Origin: Camelus dromedarius
Lineage: Eukaryota
Direction: 5' to 3'
NCBI RefSeq assembly: GCF_036321535.1
Contig: NC_087437.1
Span: forward strand, 64,978,001-65,042,000
Length of the DNA stretch: 64,000 nt
This document shows, in pieces, positions 26,836 through 40,797 of this stretch. The translations under genes and the position numbers were made by a program. Every line of letters begins with the position of its first letter. The stretch's first letter is position 1. Under the pieces are notes generated by a model. It searched no databases. It was not told the origin of the DNA and was given only the letters and a program-made list of their open reading frames with translations.

Positions 26836-27889
26836 AAAAATCTACGCTCTTAACCACCATAAAGCACCTCATTCATTCATTCTTGCATTACACACCATGC
26901 TAGACACTACTGGGAATAAAGATAAAAAAGACATGGCCATTGTCTACAGTGGAGCTCCCCTCAACCCACTATGTTCACTTTACCTTCTTTGCTCTCCATT
27001 AGGTACCCTGTGCTCTAACTACTATTCATCATCCCCTCAAAAATTTCTTTTCTGTACTATTTCTATTCTTGAGCCCATTCTCTTTCCCTTACCCCCCTTG
27101 TTTATTCTTTAACCACATCACCACAGCTATCTATAGGTGAATTTAATTTTGTTTTTTCTTTTATTTTCCAAATTACCAATAATGAGATGTTACTTTTCTA
27201 ATCATAAAAAAGTACAGTTTTTAAAAAGGATTATTAAATGTAATTAAAATCAGTGGGAGACCTCCATCTTGGTACCCTCCCAGATGTACTTTCCTCTTGA
27301 ACGGGTTTCCCAGCTCCAGCAAGATGCCCCTCTCAGAGATCTTCTACCAGAGATGCCTTTCTCAGTGACCAGTAGCACTTTCCAATATCCTTACATACCA
27401 GAATGCCTGACTCATCTTACTTTTCTCTATCTTAACCTTCTGATTTCTGCATTCCTCTCAGTCAGATTCACTCTATCACTTTTTCTTTATTTATCCTCTC
27501 AGTTTCCCAAAGCTTCTCCAAATAGTACCCTTTACTTACCAAAGCCTTTTTACTGTTGACAGAAAAAAATAGTTCAGAGCAAGAATGCCAGACCTGGGAG
27601 ACTACTGGGTAAATAAAGCAGTGTCTAGACAAGAGGAAGATTTTGGATCAGAAATAGGCTGCTCCTGAAACTTGTTTTTCTTCAGTTTTCTAGGAAGAGG
27701 CTGGAATTCTCAGGAATTCTGGTCTAAAAAGTGACAGTGGAGTGATAAAAGGCCAGGTGATGAACTTGACAAGGCCACACTTAAATTTCAAAGCCACTTA
27801 AGATGAGTAGGGACCTTGAATTTCCCTACTATCTCCTCCCATTCATATGGATTGTTGCCTCCCACTTCACAGAGAAAATAAAAGACTTC

Positions 27890-29520
27890 AAATAAAAACT
27901 CTCTCAACTTCCTGCCCCACCCATCCTTTCCTCCATTTAGGTGAAGGTGAGACTCCTCCTCCTGTACAAAGGCAATTCTGCCATGTGTGCTTTCACAATG
28001 ATTATACTGTCTTCTCTTACATCTTTAACTTCTTTCTCTGCTGGAGTCTTCCTAATAATATTCAAGCAATATCCTCTCGGTTCCATGTCACCTTTCAGCT
28101 ATAAATAGGTACTGTTTTCCCTTTCTTACCTCTTATTCACTGCCCAGTTGACACTAATTAGTCTTGAATCTTTACCAGTCTACCATAACTGACATCACCA
28201 AATCAATGACCTTGTTGTCACTATATTTAATGGACATTTTCTACCCTGTCTCACTTTCCTAGTCAGTAATATTTGTTACTCTGAATGTTTCTCTTCTTGA
28301 AATCCTCTCGGTATCCAAGACAGAACTACCATGAGTTTGGCCACTCCTTCTTAGTTTCATTTGTGGGCTTTTCCTCTTTGTTTGTTTCTTAAAAACCTCA
28401 GGATTCTATCCCTGCTCTCTTTTTACCCGACTCTTATTATCTCTTAGTTATTCCATCTATTTTCATGACTGAATTGCTATCCATATACTAACAGCTTTAG
28501 ATTTTATTCTATAGCCCAAACATTTTTTCTGAACTCTAAACCTGTATTTCCAAATAAATGTCTGATACTCCATTTGGATGTTCCAAGGACATCTAAAATG
28601 TGACATGTCCAAAACTAAATTAATTATTATTGCACCAAACCTGTTCTCCCTTACTATCTCAATTAATGACCCCCCCCATTCAACAGTTTGCTCAAGTCAC
28701 AACCCTACATTCAATCTTGGCTTATCTTCCCCTTCAGTTTCATATATCTAATCATATCAAGTTTGTCAATTCTGCCAGGGCCAACTAGGGTGAGCTTAGT
28801 GAGGCACTCACCTTGAGCACAAAATTGAAGGGAGTACCAAAAATTCAGTAATCAAGACAAATATATCCATGTCTCACTTTTAACCCATTCTTTTACCACA
28901 TTATAGTCAGAGATACCATTGAAAAATAAAAATCTAACATTCCACTATTTGAAATCCTTTTGTACCTTTCCACTATCCTCCTGATAAAGTTCTAATTCCT
29001 TATGATGTAAACGGTCCTTCATTATCTGGTTTCTGTCAATTTCTCCTCTTTATCTTTTTTATTTCTGTCCCAGGCAATCTGAATTCCTTTAAGTCCTTCA
29101 AATAGGTCATACTATCTCTCATCTCCTTGTGTTACAGATACCATGTCCTATTTCTGTTTCACTTCCCCATCTCTTCTTTGATTAACTGCTGTTAAACCTT
29201 TAGGTTTTATCTTAGATATCATTTCTTTAGGCAAACCTCTTCTGATCCTCAAAGTCTTAGTCAGACATCCCTCCTGTGTGTTCCTATAGCTTTCTCTGTT
29301 TCCCCATTTGTGACACTGATCATACTGTACTGAAAGTTCTCCCTGTGTACTTGTCTGTCTACCTCCTCCTGCTGGACTATATAAGTTCTTTGAAAGCATG
29401 AATTCTGTAGCTATCTAACTCACCAATGTGACACCACTACCTAGTACAGAATCTGACACACAGAAGGTTCATTAAACAAATGTTTGCTGAATGAATTAAT
29501 GAGTGAAATAAATCAAATGA
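27890..29520 (+). mobile_element. L2 LINE fragment, with a short hAT-like DNA transposon piece at about 28775-28865
   Basis: Pyrimidine-rich L2 body ending in AAATGTTTGCTGAATGAAT. Confidence 0.65.
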
Positions 29521-30732
29521 ATATTTTAAATTATAGGGAAAAGCCAGAGAATTGAGTTATTAGTACCCTGAAAACCGAAGCAGCTGACTAATGACAGCTA
29601 ATACTTGTTTAATGTTTCATAATTTACACAACATTTCAGCATCTCTTTTGATTTTCATAATCATTCTGGTATTATAAATATTATTATTATGCAGTAATCC
29701 AGAGAAAGAGACACAGTATTAATCAGTAGAAAACAAGGAAAATATTTAGGAAAATGTTTAGCTTCTAAGGGAGAAGGAAGCAGAAAATGTATTATCACAG
29801 GTCTCCTAGAAAAACACATAAACCTCCTTAGAACTGGAATTGCAGTCTGAGTAACACTATGAGCCCCCTCTCCCTGGTAGAAAATAATCAGATGGGACAT
29901 TGAGTCCCTGGGCTCCTTTTCCTCTATTGAGCTCTTTATACGTGGACTGGATATCTTCCAGGGGGAGGTGCTACCCAAAGGCCCAGTGTGAGAACAGGTT
30001 TCCAGGTCAATGATTAGAAACAATCATGTCCAAGTTTCCCCTTAGACTGTATAAACTAAGCTACACACACATCCCCCTTCCTCCTCCATTGCTGGATTCT
30101 TGGCGGTAAAGAGACTGCCACTTGATTTAAGTTGCATCAGTTTCCACCTACTTATCCAACTCCTCTTATTCTCTTTGCTCAAGAGCAAACTTCTTGGGAG
30201 CATTGTAGAGCGGGGCAGAAATAGCTAAACCTGGAAACTACTGGAAAAGAATCAAAGAGTTTTAAAAATCTTCCAATTACCAGATAAATAACTATCAGAT
30301 GAAATAAACTAGTTTGAGAGAAAGTATTAGTTATTTTCCTTGCCTCCTTACATATTATAGTGTATATCAGTACATCTCACATTATGACTGCACATTTGAC
30401 TACACATTAGGATCACCTAGATATTTAAAAAATTATAGATGTCAAGGCCCTATCCCACCATAAATCTTGATTTAATTGGTCCTGCATGGGGTCCAGGGAT
30501 CAGTCTTTCTTAAAGCTCTCTAAGAAAGTTCTTATTAGTTGTATAACCTTGGGTACTTTCTTTTTTTAAGGTTTCTGACTTTATTAAGTTAATTTATCGC
30601 CAATATCAATAATGTTTACCTAATATATTAGTGTGAGGACTGAATGAAATAGTTTGTGTAAAGTGCTTACATCATGCTTTACATGTGGGAGGCATCAGTG
30701 GTTATTGGTTTCCTCTGCCCTGCTGCACTTAC

Positions 30733-30810
30733 CAAGAGCTATCACCATAAGCAATCCTGGAACTCCAAAAGCCAACGCATAGCAGTCTTTCCCAAAACAT
30801 TGTATATCTC
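30733..30810 (-). CDS. SLC15A2: SLC15A2 exon 7 (GDIQCFGKDCYALAFGVPGLLMVIAL)
   Basis: TAG acceptor, GTAAGT donor. Confidence 0.96.
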
Positions 30811-31065
30811 CTAAAGAAAAAAAAAAAGCCATCCTGAACCTCGAATCTTTGATGTTCTATTCTGCCAGCTCAGGTTTTTGAGGTCATAGACATGACCTTC
30901 CATCACCTGATCTATAATCCTTCTTTTGGGCCAGACAAATCAGGATTAAAAGAAGTTCTCTCAGATTTTCAAACACTTATAAAAGGAGAAGATGGACAGG
31001 AGGAAGCCTTGAAGGGTTTTCTGGGCCAGAATAAAGCCCTCAGGCCCCTCAGACAAGATCCTAAC

Positions 31066-31156
31066 CTCTCAGCATGGGGGTGACAAATGTAGAAATCAAG
31101 CTCCCTGCATTGATGGAGAGGTAGAAGACTGAGAAGTATCTAGTCCGTTCCTCTGC
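31066..31156 (-). CDS. SLC15A2: SLC15A2 exon 6 (AEERTRYFSVFYLSINAGSLISTFVTPMLR)
   Basis: CAG acceptor, GTTAG donor; PTR2 family signature. Confidence 0.97.
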
Positions 31157-32997
31157 CTGAAAAAACAAAACAGAAACAAATACAGGACAAATCATCAGTG
31201 CCATGTGCCTCCAAGCTCCTTCCCCTCATGTCCGGACTAACAGAGAGGTACATACACAGAGACAGATTCAGATATTGCCTCCATGGTATGTGAATATTAT
31301 ATTAGATATTTTAACACGTATCTGGCTGACCCCATCTTTCTTTCAGAACCTACAACAAACATCTTTAACATTCTTTTACCCTTTTATCTTGGCAAAAATG
31401 ATCATCTTATCTTACCGTCTTATCTTACAGACTATGCCACTACTGTGTTCTATACATATCCATTCTAATATTAATTTATTTGCATTAAATGTCTGTCCCT
31501 TTCAGTGGGTTGAGAGTTCCTTTAGGACACAAATTGTATCTTACTATTTTCTGTAATCCTCACTATCTAGTATAGCACCTGACCTATATTACAGACTTAA
31601 TATTTACTGACTGCATTAATTAAGTGAATAAATAATTGAATTAAATAATAGATTTTGTGGAATATGTGGTAGGAATAGGACCAGAACATAGGACAGTGGA
31701 GTAAACTGTTGCTCAAACAGGGTAATTTACCCAGTGTTTATGGGGAAGTCAGTCAGAGAATATAAAAGGAAGTCTGTGAGCTTAGAAGTGGCTGGTGGAA
31801 ACCTGGAGGTGGGTTTGTCCTGTTTTTGAAATATCTTTGTGGAGTAGTTACCAAATGAAGCAACCTGCAAGTAAAGTTGCTGATGCTTTATTCATTAGGA
31901 ACTTCTGTGCTTTATTCTGGGACCCCAGATCTTTTCCTGACACATTAGTACAATCTTCATTTTCTATTTATGGTGTGTTTTGCTTCCTCTTCTAGTCCTC
32001 ATTTAAACCTATTCCACTCATCTATGTGTACAGTTTATTGTGGATAGAACCCCACTTGCCAAAGGTTGGTTATTTCTCCAAAGTCAGCAAGCAATTATGA
32101 TCTATGGATCTTCGGGCAGATAAAGAATATAAAATAACTCAAATGGTCTGAAGGGTAAGAGAAACACCAGAAGTCAGGACACAGAGGAATAACAGAGAGG
32201 AAAAAACCAGAAACATGATAAATAGCTGTAGAAGAGGGAATAATACATGAAGACAGACAAAAAAGAAAACTAAGAGGAAAAAGAAGCTAGAAATGTTGGC
32301 TGGTCTAAGAATAGACTATTTCCCTTGTCTAGTTGTCACTGCTCTACATTCAGGCCCATTTTTACCTTTACTCATACCAGGTCTCCCCCCCCCCCCCCCC
32401 CCATTGACAGTGAATAGTATTTAGGAAAAGAAGGAATGATCATCCAGACAGATTCATCTATAGAAACTCAATCTGTTTTATTCTTAATGGTCATTTTCCC
32501 TGTTCACAGAATCTGAAAGCTAGAGATGCTTAAGTCACCTCTACACTACTCATCACCTCCCATCCCCAGAGAGACCACCATGTTTCTTCTTAAATACCTC
32601 AAATGAGAGTAAACTCACTGCTTCCAACTCTAATTATTTAAAGTTTTTCTTCCCATCAAGCAAAAAGCTAACTTCCTGTAGTTTTACTCATTGATCTCTG
32701 GTTTAATTACTGACGTCTTTCCAGTATCTATGGACAGCTATAATATTCTCTTTATTTCTTATCCAGGTTAAATATATCCATTTCTATCAACCTTTCTTCA
32801 TAATATGTGTCTTTAGTCCATCTACCATCCTGGCCATTTTTCTCCATATTAATGACCAGTACCTGGCATTGAACACAACTTCTCAGATATGATCTGACTA
32901 GTGGATCACTTCAATCTTGGCAAATGGCTACCTGCCAGGTAACTTATTTAATGACTGTTCTACATTTTTGAAAATACAGAAATAACAGAATTCTTAC

Positions 32998-33097
32998 ATG
33001 TTTCTCTTCAAACTGGTCTCCACCAAAAGCTGCCACACAGGGTTTGATACCTCCTGTCCCCAAAGCTATTAGACTCAAGCCAATCATTGATAGGACT
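32998..33097 (-). CDS. SLC15A2: SLC15A2 exon 5 ([33 protein letters not shown])
   Basis: CAG acceptor, GTAAG donor. Confidence 0.97.
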
Positions 33098-34248
33098 CTG
33101 AAACAGAGAGGTGAGAATACTAACCATATTGATACTAAACACAACTGTAGAAATTGAATATAGAGCTACAGGTGGAAAAAAATGTACACAAGGGTAAGGA
33201 CCTCCTTCACATTTCTATACCGTGGGCATTTTCCACATGCTTTCACTCCTAGGGGAGAACCAGGGGCCATGACATTCTTTACAACTCTTGAGCTTCTGCC
33301 AGAAAGTATACATTACACGGGAAGATTTTGTCCCTGATAGTTTCATTTGCCCTTTGTGTGCAACAGATAGAAGCAGATACTGCAGGAACTCCAAAGGTAA
33401 AACACTGGTTCCGAATCTTGTCTTAGTCAAAGGTACACTTCAATGGAAAGACCTTATGAACCCATATCCCATATATCTTTACTAATCACAAAACAAAATG
33501 TTGAAATTAATCATAATTAATAGGAGAATCAGCAGTAATTTTTGATGGAATGACAGTAAGGGGGTATCTAATATTTATCAAATTTCAAACAAAATTCTTA
33601 ACTCTTTGGAAAATGCACATATAGGCACATTATAAACATGAATATATATGATCTGCTTTTTTTAAATTAAAAAAAAATTTTAATCATCTGCTTCTTGAAC
33701 AACTCTAACCCTCCCTACTAACTACACCAAGAGACATGAGAATCTGTCAAAAGGCTCTGGCATCATAACGTCAATAGCTTAAGTAAAGAGGAAGAGAGCA
33801 ACTGGAATATGGAGAGCTACACATAAATGGAAATAATCCAAGCTTTGAATATAAATTCTACAACGTATTATAAGCAAATATTAGAGATTTTTTTTAACCC
33901 AAGTAAAGTAAAATGCATGGGTAGGTGAATAGGTGAGGGAATATGGAGGGCATGAAGGTTTTAATGATTGTCTTCAAGTGTATGAAGAGTTTTTATGAGA
34001 AGGATACTAACTAGGCATTCTACAAGTCCCCAAATGTTTGATAAGAACAAATGAGCTCAGACAAAGCAGGAAAGAGTTCAACTGGTCACAATCTTTTCTT
34101 CTTAACCAATTTTGTAATAAAATAGTGGGTTGGAAAAAAAAGGGACATCTCTGGTAAGAAGACAGAAAAACATCTGTAAAGAATGCGTGAGACATTTACC
34201 TATCCAATGGAAGAAAAGTGGTTCAGTTTATTACATGGTTTTACTCAC

Positions 34249-34341
34249 GTGTGTACCACTGGTCCCCCCAGTATTGGTAAGGCACCCATGGATTTGATCA
34301 CATGGCCAAGCACATACACCAAGGAGAGATAGATGATTGTC
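34249..34341 (-). CDS. SLC15A2: SLC15A2 exon 4 (TIIYLSLVYVLGHVIKSMGALPILGGPVVHT)
   Basis: CAG acceptor, GTGAGT donor. Confidence 0.96.
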
Positions 34342-36080
34342 CTGTTGAGAGAGTTAAGCCAGTCAGTCTACAAACAGAATTTAGAGATTTGAGTAATACA
34401 AACAAGGAGTTCATACTGTTCTCAGTGCCAGGATAAATGAAGTGAAAGGAGAAAGGGGTGGAAGAGGAAAGAATTACCTGAGAAATACAAATAGAAATAA
34501 TAATGGTGAACAAAGCAAATGGACTAGAAAGGTAGACAGCAACTCTTTACCCTCTAGTGTTAGAGATAATGGACATTTCTCACACCTGCTCTCTCCTTTT
34601 CCCCCCACTTACTCCACACATACACAGAATTTCCCTGATCTTGTAGAAATATGTCAAGAAATGGATTTGTAGTGAGTGAGTGTTTGTACTTTGACCTGAT
34701 TTATTTTTTCCCCAAGGAATGTCTTTGGCTCTAAAAATCCATAAGGGTCAAGGAAGAATGTCATGTAGACATCAAAAAAAAAGGATTGCTAAAACAAAGA
34801 ACTTTCTCCAAACACAATCACTGGGATATACAGAGATGTAAAGGGCTCACAGTTTCAGTCTGGTCTTGAACTCTTGGGTTAATTTCAGTCCCTAACACAG
34901 TTTCCTCATGGACAAATTACCAAGGGTAAAAAAGGAGTCAGGGACTTTGAATAGACTGTCCAGTGATATAGCTCATGCCATTGGTAGGGACTTCTTGTGT
35001 TGTTTTTCAAAAAAAAAAAAAAAAACTGAATGGCAAATAGGGAGTAGAAGAGTGAGGAATTCCAGTAAAAACATATGTAGAGATATACACACTGAAACGT
35101 GGCACACTACCACATACACAATATGCTCCTTATGTGTATGACCACACCAGCAGTCTTTCTACATATAAGTAGGGTATTAGTATAAGAAGGAACCTTGAAA
35201 ATTATACAGTTTACTTCTGTGATTTTTAAAGTGATATATGCTAATATGGAATATAAAGAATGGAAAGGAGGTAGTGGAGAGACGCTGGAGGTGCCAGAAA
35301 TCTCAGAAAGCGGATTTCTCATTCTAAATACTTAATCTTCCTAGGTTGGCTCTTCAGGATGAATAGATCTTACAGGGTTTATAATGGCAAGCAGGGGATA
35401 AGAAGATGAATGACTATTTCAGGGGTAGTTAATACCAGGGGAGGGGGCAGGCTTTCCCAGAAAGCCTTGTAGTATCTTCTGGAGAAAAGTTCTCTTTGTT
35501 GGAATTTAAAAAATGAGTAGAAAGAAAGAGAATAAAAAGGGACTAAAACAAGGCCAGTTATTATGAACCCGAAAACAAATGATTTATGCTAAATCATCAC
35601 AGAGAAAAAATAAAAGAATTCTGAGCTGGAGGCATAGAGTCTGAATAAGGAGATCAGAGCGATACCAGCTTGTTGGACTAAATGAATGAGAGAAGTTGGA
35701 CTAAATGAATGAGAGAAGTGTAGATGGCTTAGGAGGAAAACAGGCAACCTTCTAGGTGAAGGATTTGGGGAACTAGTCTAGAATATGAAGAATGTAAGAG
35801 AGGAAGCTAATGACAGGAAACTTTAACAGAAGGAAAGAGCAGTCAAAAGAGGCCTGAAAATTCTGCATTTGAAATGGAGTCATTGGGGTCATTATAATCC
35901 CAACCACAGGACACAGAACTGTTTTAGATAGACCAGACTTCCCATTTGCAAATAAGGAAAAGAGAAATCCAGAGAAGTCAAAGGATATTTCTAAAGTGAC
36001 ATTCTAATTAGTGTTAGAATTAGGTCTAGAACTTCTACTTTCTTACAGCCCAGTTTTCCTTCAGCTTTATCATGAACAAG

Positions 36081-36185
36081 TTTTTTTTTTTTAATGGAGG
36101 TACTGGAGATTGACTTGAACCCAGGACCTTGTGCATGCTAAGCATATGCCCTCATATGCCCTACCACTGAGCTATACCCTTCCCG
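36081..36185 (-). mobile_element. tRNA-derived SINE (camelid type)
   Basis: Reverse complement of the same family; TSD TATCATGAACAA (36068-36079, 36187-36198); internal 10-bp duplication CATATGCCCT. Confidence 0.85.
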
Positions 36186-37429
36186 CTATCATGAACAAAT
36201 TAATGTGGAAAAAAGAAAGCGAAGAGGAAAAAGTTTTCAGTTTTATTTCACAATAAGAATGTCAAAATCCAGAGCCATTTTTAATTAGAGCTTAGGAACT
36301 GAGAGGACTATGTGCAGTGATGGCAAAGGAAGAGGCCTAGCATAAAGAGGGTCAACTCTGACCAGATAAAAAAGATATGAGAGGGAAAGGTCATGGGACA
36401 GAGCCCCATGGAGAAAGAGAAAGGGAAAGTGTAGCAAGGACATCCAAAAGTACATTTGGCAGCAAACATATTGAAGAGAGTGGTTTTAAGGGCTTGCCAA
36501 GATCAAGCGTCCAGACTGATAGAGATGGGTCACAGGGTATAAAAACCAATACTAGGGACTATGACTAAAAATGTTTTTCTCTCTTAAAAGTAACTTAGCA
36601 TCAAAAATAGCAACCTAGCATATAATTAACCCTCTTAGTAGATTTTTAAAGAAATCATGAAAAGCCAGTATCCATGCTTAATAAATTTTGTTTTCTATTG
36701 TCTATCTATTGGCTACTCTTTCCTACATGTAGCCCAGGAGGAAGATTCACTTCTCTCCTGATACAGGGAGTTCCTTACATAAGAGTCAGGGGTCCTAGGT
36801 GCCCATTTTCTCTGAACAAAACTATGGTTCTGGGACAACAAAGAGAGGAAGAACTTTTAATAGAAGTTGTTTACTAAATTGAGAAAATTGACCCTTGAAG
36901 GTGTGAACAATCTTTCTAATGTTATAGGATGTTTTTCATCCTGAAAATAACATCTGAAGAAAAGTAAACACATAGATGCAGACTCATGCAGGGGAGCACA
37001 GAAAAGGTGAGGAAAAACTTTTAGTTTGAAACATTTAATCTACACCCTTTTTCCTTTAGCTAATGAAGAAAAGAAGACTATAGGTTCAAATCAAAAAAGA
37101 GAGTGAAGACAAAACCTGCTGTTTTCCTGATTTTCCGGCCTAAGAAAGCAGGGTAAAGTATGATGGCAGGGTAGTTGTAAACACTTATTTTCTTATGTTG
37201 CTGTCATCACTGTCTTTGTACATGTGAACTTGTACATACACACATAAGCTATTCCTGTTTTCTCAAACCCACATCCTTTCTGAAAGAGATACCAATTCAT
37301 CCCCAAAAGAGTTCTATTATTTAAAAAGCAACCATAATACTCACTACAAAATAAAAGTCATCTTCATGCCTGCCCACACCTACCCTCAGACGTGTGCTTA
37401 CATTTGAGTATCTGAGAGTGATAAATTTA

Positions 37430-38640
37430 TTAACTGAAACACTTATTGTGGGCCTGCTATGTACCAGGCACTGTTCTAGGTGCTTTGGATAAAAATATAA
37501 AGGAGATTTTGTCTTCTAAGTGTTTGGAAGAAGACAGTAGATTCATATACAGGTAGTTATTAATAAGACAGAATTGTTAAATGTTACATTTACCAAGCAA
37601 AGAGTAAAAACAAGGGTGAAAAAACAAGGAGTTCAGAGAATATTAGATTACTTCCAGCTAGTGGTGAAAGGTGAGGGGCAGAGAATACCCCATAGCATAA
37701 GTAACATTTGAATTGAGCCTTAAAGAGTTTGCACTTGGAGGGCTGGCAAGGAAGGAGATTCCATGAAGTAGAAACTGCAAATGGACATACAAAAAATGGC
37801 CTGGCTATCATTAGGGAAATATTAGCATTCCATTTTTCTCTAGTGAACATTCTTGAAAGGGAGTAAGTTTGACAATAAGAGCAGAAAGGTAAGTTGGGAT
37901 GAGATTAATTAGACAATGGGTTAGTCAGCAGAAATTTTTGAGCAGAGTAGTAATGTGAACAGGGATTTCTTTTAGGTAGATTAATTTGGGTGTAGGGCAT
38001 AGCCCCAGTTGTGAAAAAAGGATATAGAAAGCAATGAAAACATTTTAGGTGTCCATTTCAATAGCCCAGTTTAGTGGCTAATGAAAAACAAAGCTAGAGT
38101 AGTGGCAATTAATGGCAGTGGGATTCAGTGTTGAAGACGGATAAATGTGTCAGATATTATAGAAAAAGTAAGGTAGAACTTGAGAACTGATTGGATGTAG
38201 GAGTATAGGGAAGCCAGGAGAGAGGATAAGGTGTAATTGCTAGTGTGCAGTTTTAATGCATACCAGGGCTAGGATTACAGATTTCAAGGAGCTATCAGCA
38301 TAGAGCTAAAATTGACACCTCAGGGCCTGCTGAGGGAGAATCTGGAGAAAGGGAAGAGGGTCAAAGGTAAACACCAGGGAAATGCCTACATTCAGGAAAG
38401 AATGAAGTAAGCCAAAGGCAAAAGGAAAGCCAAATAAGAAAGAATCCAAAAAAAAAATAAGCAGAAAAGAACCAGAAAATACAGTGCTAGAGAAGCCCAG
38501 GAAGTTTCAAGAATACAGGCGTGATAAACAGACGGAAATTTTAAAACAAGTTCAGAGTGAATAAGAATATAGAAAAGACCTCTGGAACTTGATAACAAAG
38601 AGATCATTATCAGTGATTTTAGAGAAAGGAATTTCAACAG
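37430..38640 (-). mobile_element. L2 LINE fragment
   Basis: CCTGCTATGTACCAGGCACTGTTCTAGG 3'-end signature and purine-rich body. Confidence 0.6.
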
Positions 38641-39994
38641 GATAAAAAGATAACATATAATACATTTTTGTACTTACCACAATCTGCTCTGTATTAAAGC
38701 TAGTTGAACATGAGCAATGTGAAGCAGGTATTATGTCTCACTCATCACTTTATCCCTCATGGTTCTTTGGACAAATAGAATTTACTCAATAAACTTTTAC
38801 TGAATTTAATTGGACTCTATTGCATTGCATTATATTACTCTGCCCTAAGGGGTGATACTGAAGAGTGAGAAAGGATGGTAACAAACATAAATAAACCTTT
38901 GTAGGATCTGGAGGTAATGGTCACAAAGGAAGGTTAACAATAGTTTTGTTTGTTTAAAGTTACCAAGAGATTTTCACATGCTTTAGATACAGGAAAAGAC
39001 TGTCTCTGAGGAAGAATTTAAAGGCAAGAGAGGAAAGTACTAAGGTTACAAAGACCCTAAGGAGAGTGATCTAGGTGATGGTGATACATATGTAAAAATT
39101 CATCCAGCTGTACATTTAAGACTTCTGAATTTGTGTACTTTACCTTCTCTTGGCGATTTTACAGTGTGAATTAGCTTTTTAAAGTCTATAAGAATTCATC
39201 CAGTAAAGAAACCTTTTTAGCTTTATTCAGCCCTGCATTTCTCAAACTTATTTGACCATGAGAGCTTTATGCTCCAACATAATATTCATTCGATCCTATA
39301 CAACCAATTTTCAACACTTTGAGAAATGCTAATTTAGACAATTCCATAAATGACAAGTCCGTAGAAAATAAGTGAGCGATGGGTATCCAAGATCCTTCTC
39401 CAGCCTATGAGGAGGATGTTGTAGGGAACAACTATAACATTATCCCATAGACGTCTCTTGGTGCTATTTTCAGAGACATAAAAGATACTGAACTGAATAG
39501 ACCATTAGTCTAATTCATGAAAATACTTACTATAGTCTTAAGAAACTACAGAAGGAGGTTAGAGAAGAGAAACAGAGATGGCAAGAGAGCTGAAAAGAGA
39601 GACACCTAAGAAGATACTAAAAGAGTTAGGATGGCTCAATCTGGAGAAGAGATGGATAGTATACCAAATAACTACACTGAATTATAAATTTTCTTGTGGG
39701 TAGTAGCAATCGCTATCACACCTGAGATCAGAACAAGAATTGGTCTTAAACTACCGAATGGAGGATTAAAATTAGATAAAAGAAAAATAAAACCCTCCCA
39801 AATGAACAGGATGTAAAAATACTAGAAAAACTGATAATGAAGAGACAAAACCTTTCTGTGTTGTCTGAGAGAGATTCTTATTTGTCATGGATGACATAAG
39901 TATGTTCTTCTTTGGAAGCAAGAGGCTAGAAGTGATAGTCTCTGCACAATTAATCTGTGAAGCTTCTTGGGTTGAGACCTCCCATCGTTCTTAC

Positions 39995-40136
39995 TTGAAT
40001 TTCCCCAGCCATGAGTCAGCAATGGCTGCTCCCAGGATGGGAGTGAAATAACAGAGGCTGCTGAAGGCATGGTATACAGATGTGGAAGTGTTTTCACTCC
40101 AATGCAGGAAATACAGGAAATACAGGGTCAGCACAG
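39995..40136 (-). CDS. SLC15A2: SLC15A2 exon 3 (AVLTLYFLYFLHWSENTSTSVYHAF...WLGKFK)
   Basis: CAG acceptor after poly-T, GTAAG donor; matches ORF 39991..40188. Confidence 0.97.
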
Positions 40137-40709
40137 CTGAAGCAAAAAAAAAAAAAAAAAAAAAGGAGACAAAACAAGATAGATGCATTAAAATGACTTA
40201 TGGGAGAACATTTGATCTGGTCTTTGAAGGTGATCTTGACCTTCAATACTCCTATCAGTGAAGCGACTTTGGATTTGGGGAAAGTGAATGGGGCTATGCA
40301 TAGTGTATAAATGCAATATTCCTCCCTTTAGTGTATGTGTACAGAGCATCATTTAGCCCAATCCCAAAGAACATGGGGTTTCAATATCCCTTCCTTCTCC
40401 TTCTCAGCAGCAATATAGTTCATAGACCTGAAGAATAGAAATGAAGAATGGAATGCCGATAATGCGAGTTTTTCCACTTACGTTCTCATAGGCTGTGTTC
40501 TGGTTTCCATTAGGCCTTTCTGTCCTTGGCCTGTGTAAGTTAGTAGGTAAAATCCTATGAGGCATTTATTGGAGGTTTTGGTGAAAGAAAAGGACCAATT
40601 GGGTGAAGGCAGAAAGAGTGGATAAGGGAAATAAGTGCATATAAGACCAGGTTGTTACAAACATGGGATGAGAGTGAAGAGCAGGACTCTGGGACACAAA
40701 ATTACCTAC

Positions 40710-40797
40710 CTTTCATGCCATAATAGGAAAATCGCTCACAGAATTCATTCACCACAATGAAGGCAATACTCAGTGGATAGTTGGAGCCGCAGATTTT
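40710..40797 (-). CDS. SLC15A2: SLC15A2 exon 2 (KICGSNYPLSIAFIVVNEFCERFSYYGMK)
   Basis: TAG acceptor, GTAGGT donor; ExxER motif. Confidence 0.97.

Noticed and set aside
23536..32402. Poly-G (23536) and poly-C (32385) runs as G-quadruplex regulators
   Set aside because: Isolated homopolymers of uncertain length with no supporting context
24663..36185. Three tRNA-like sequences as tRNA genes
   Set aside because: They have poly-A tails, TSDs and degenerate stems, so they are SINEs
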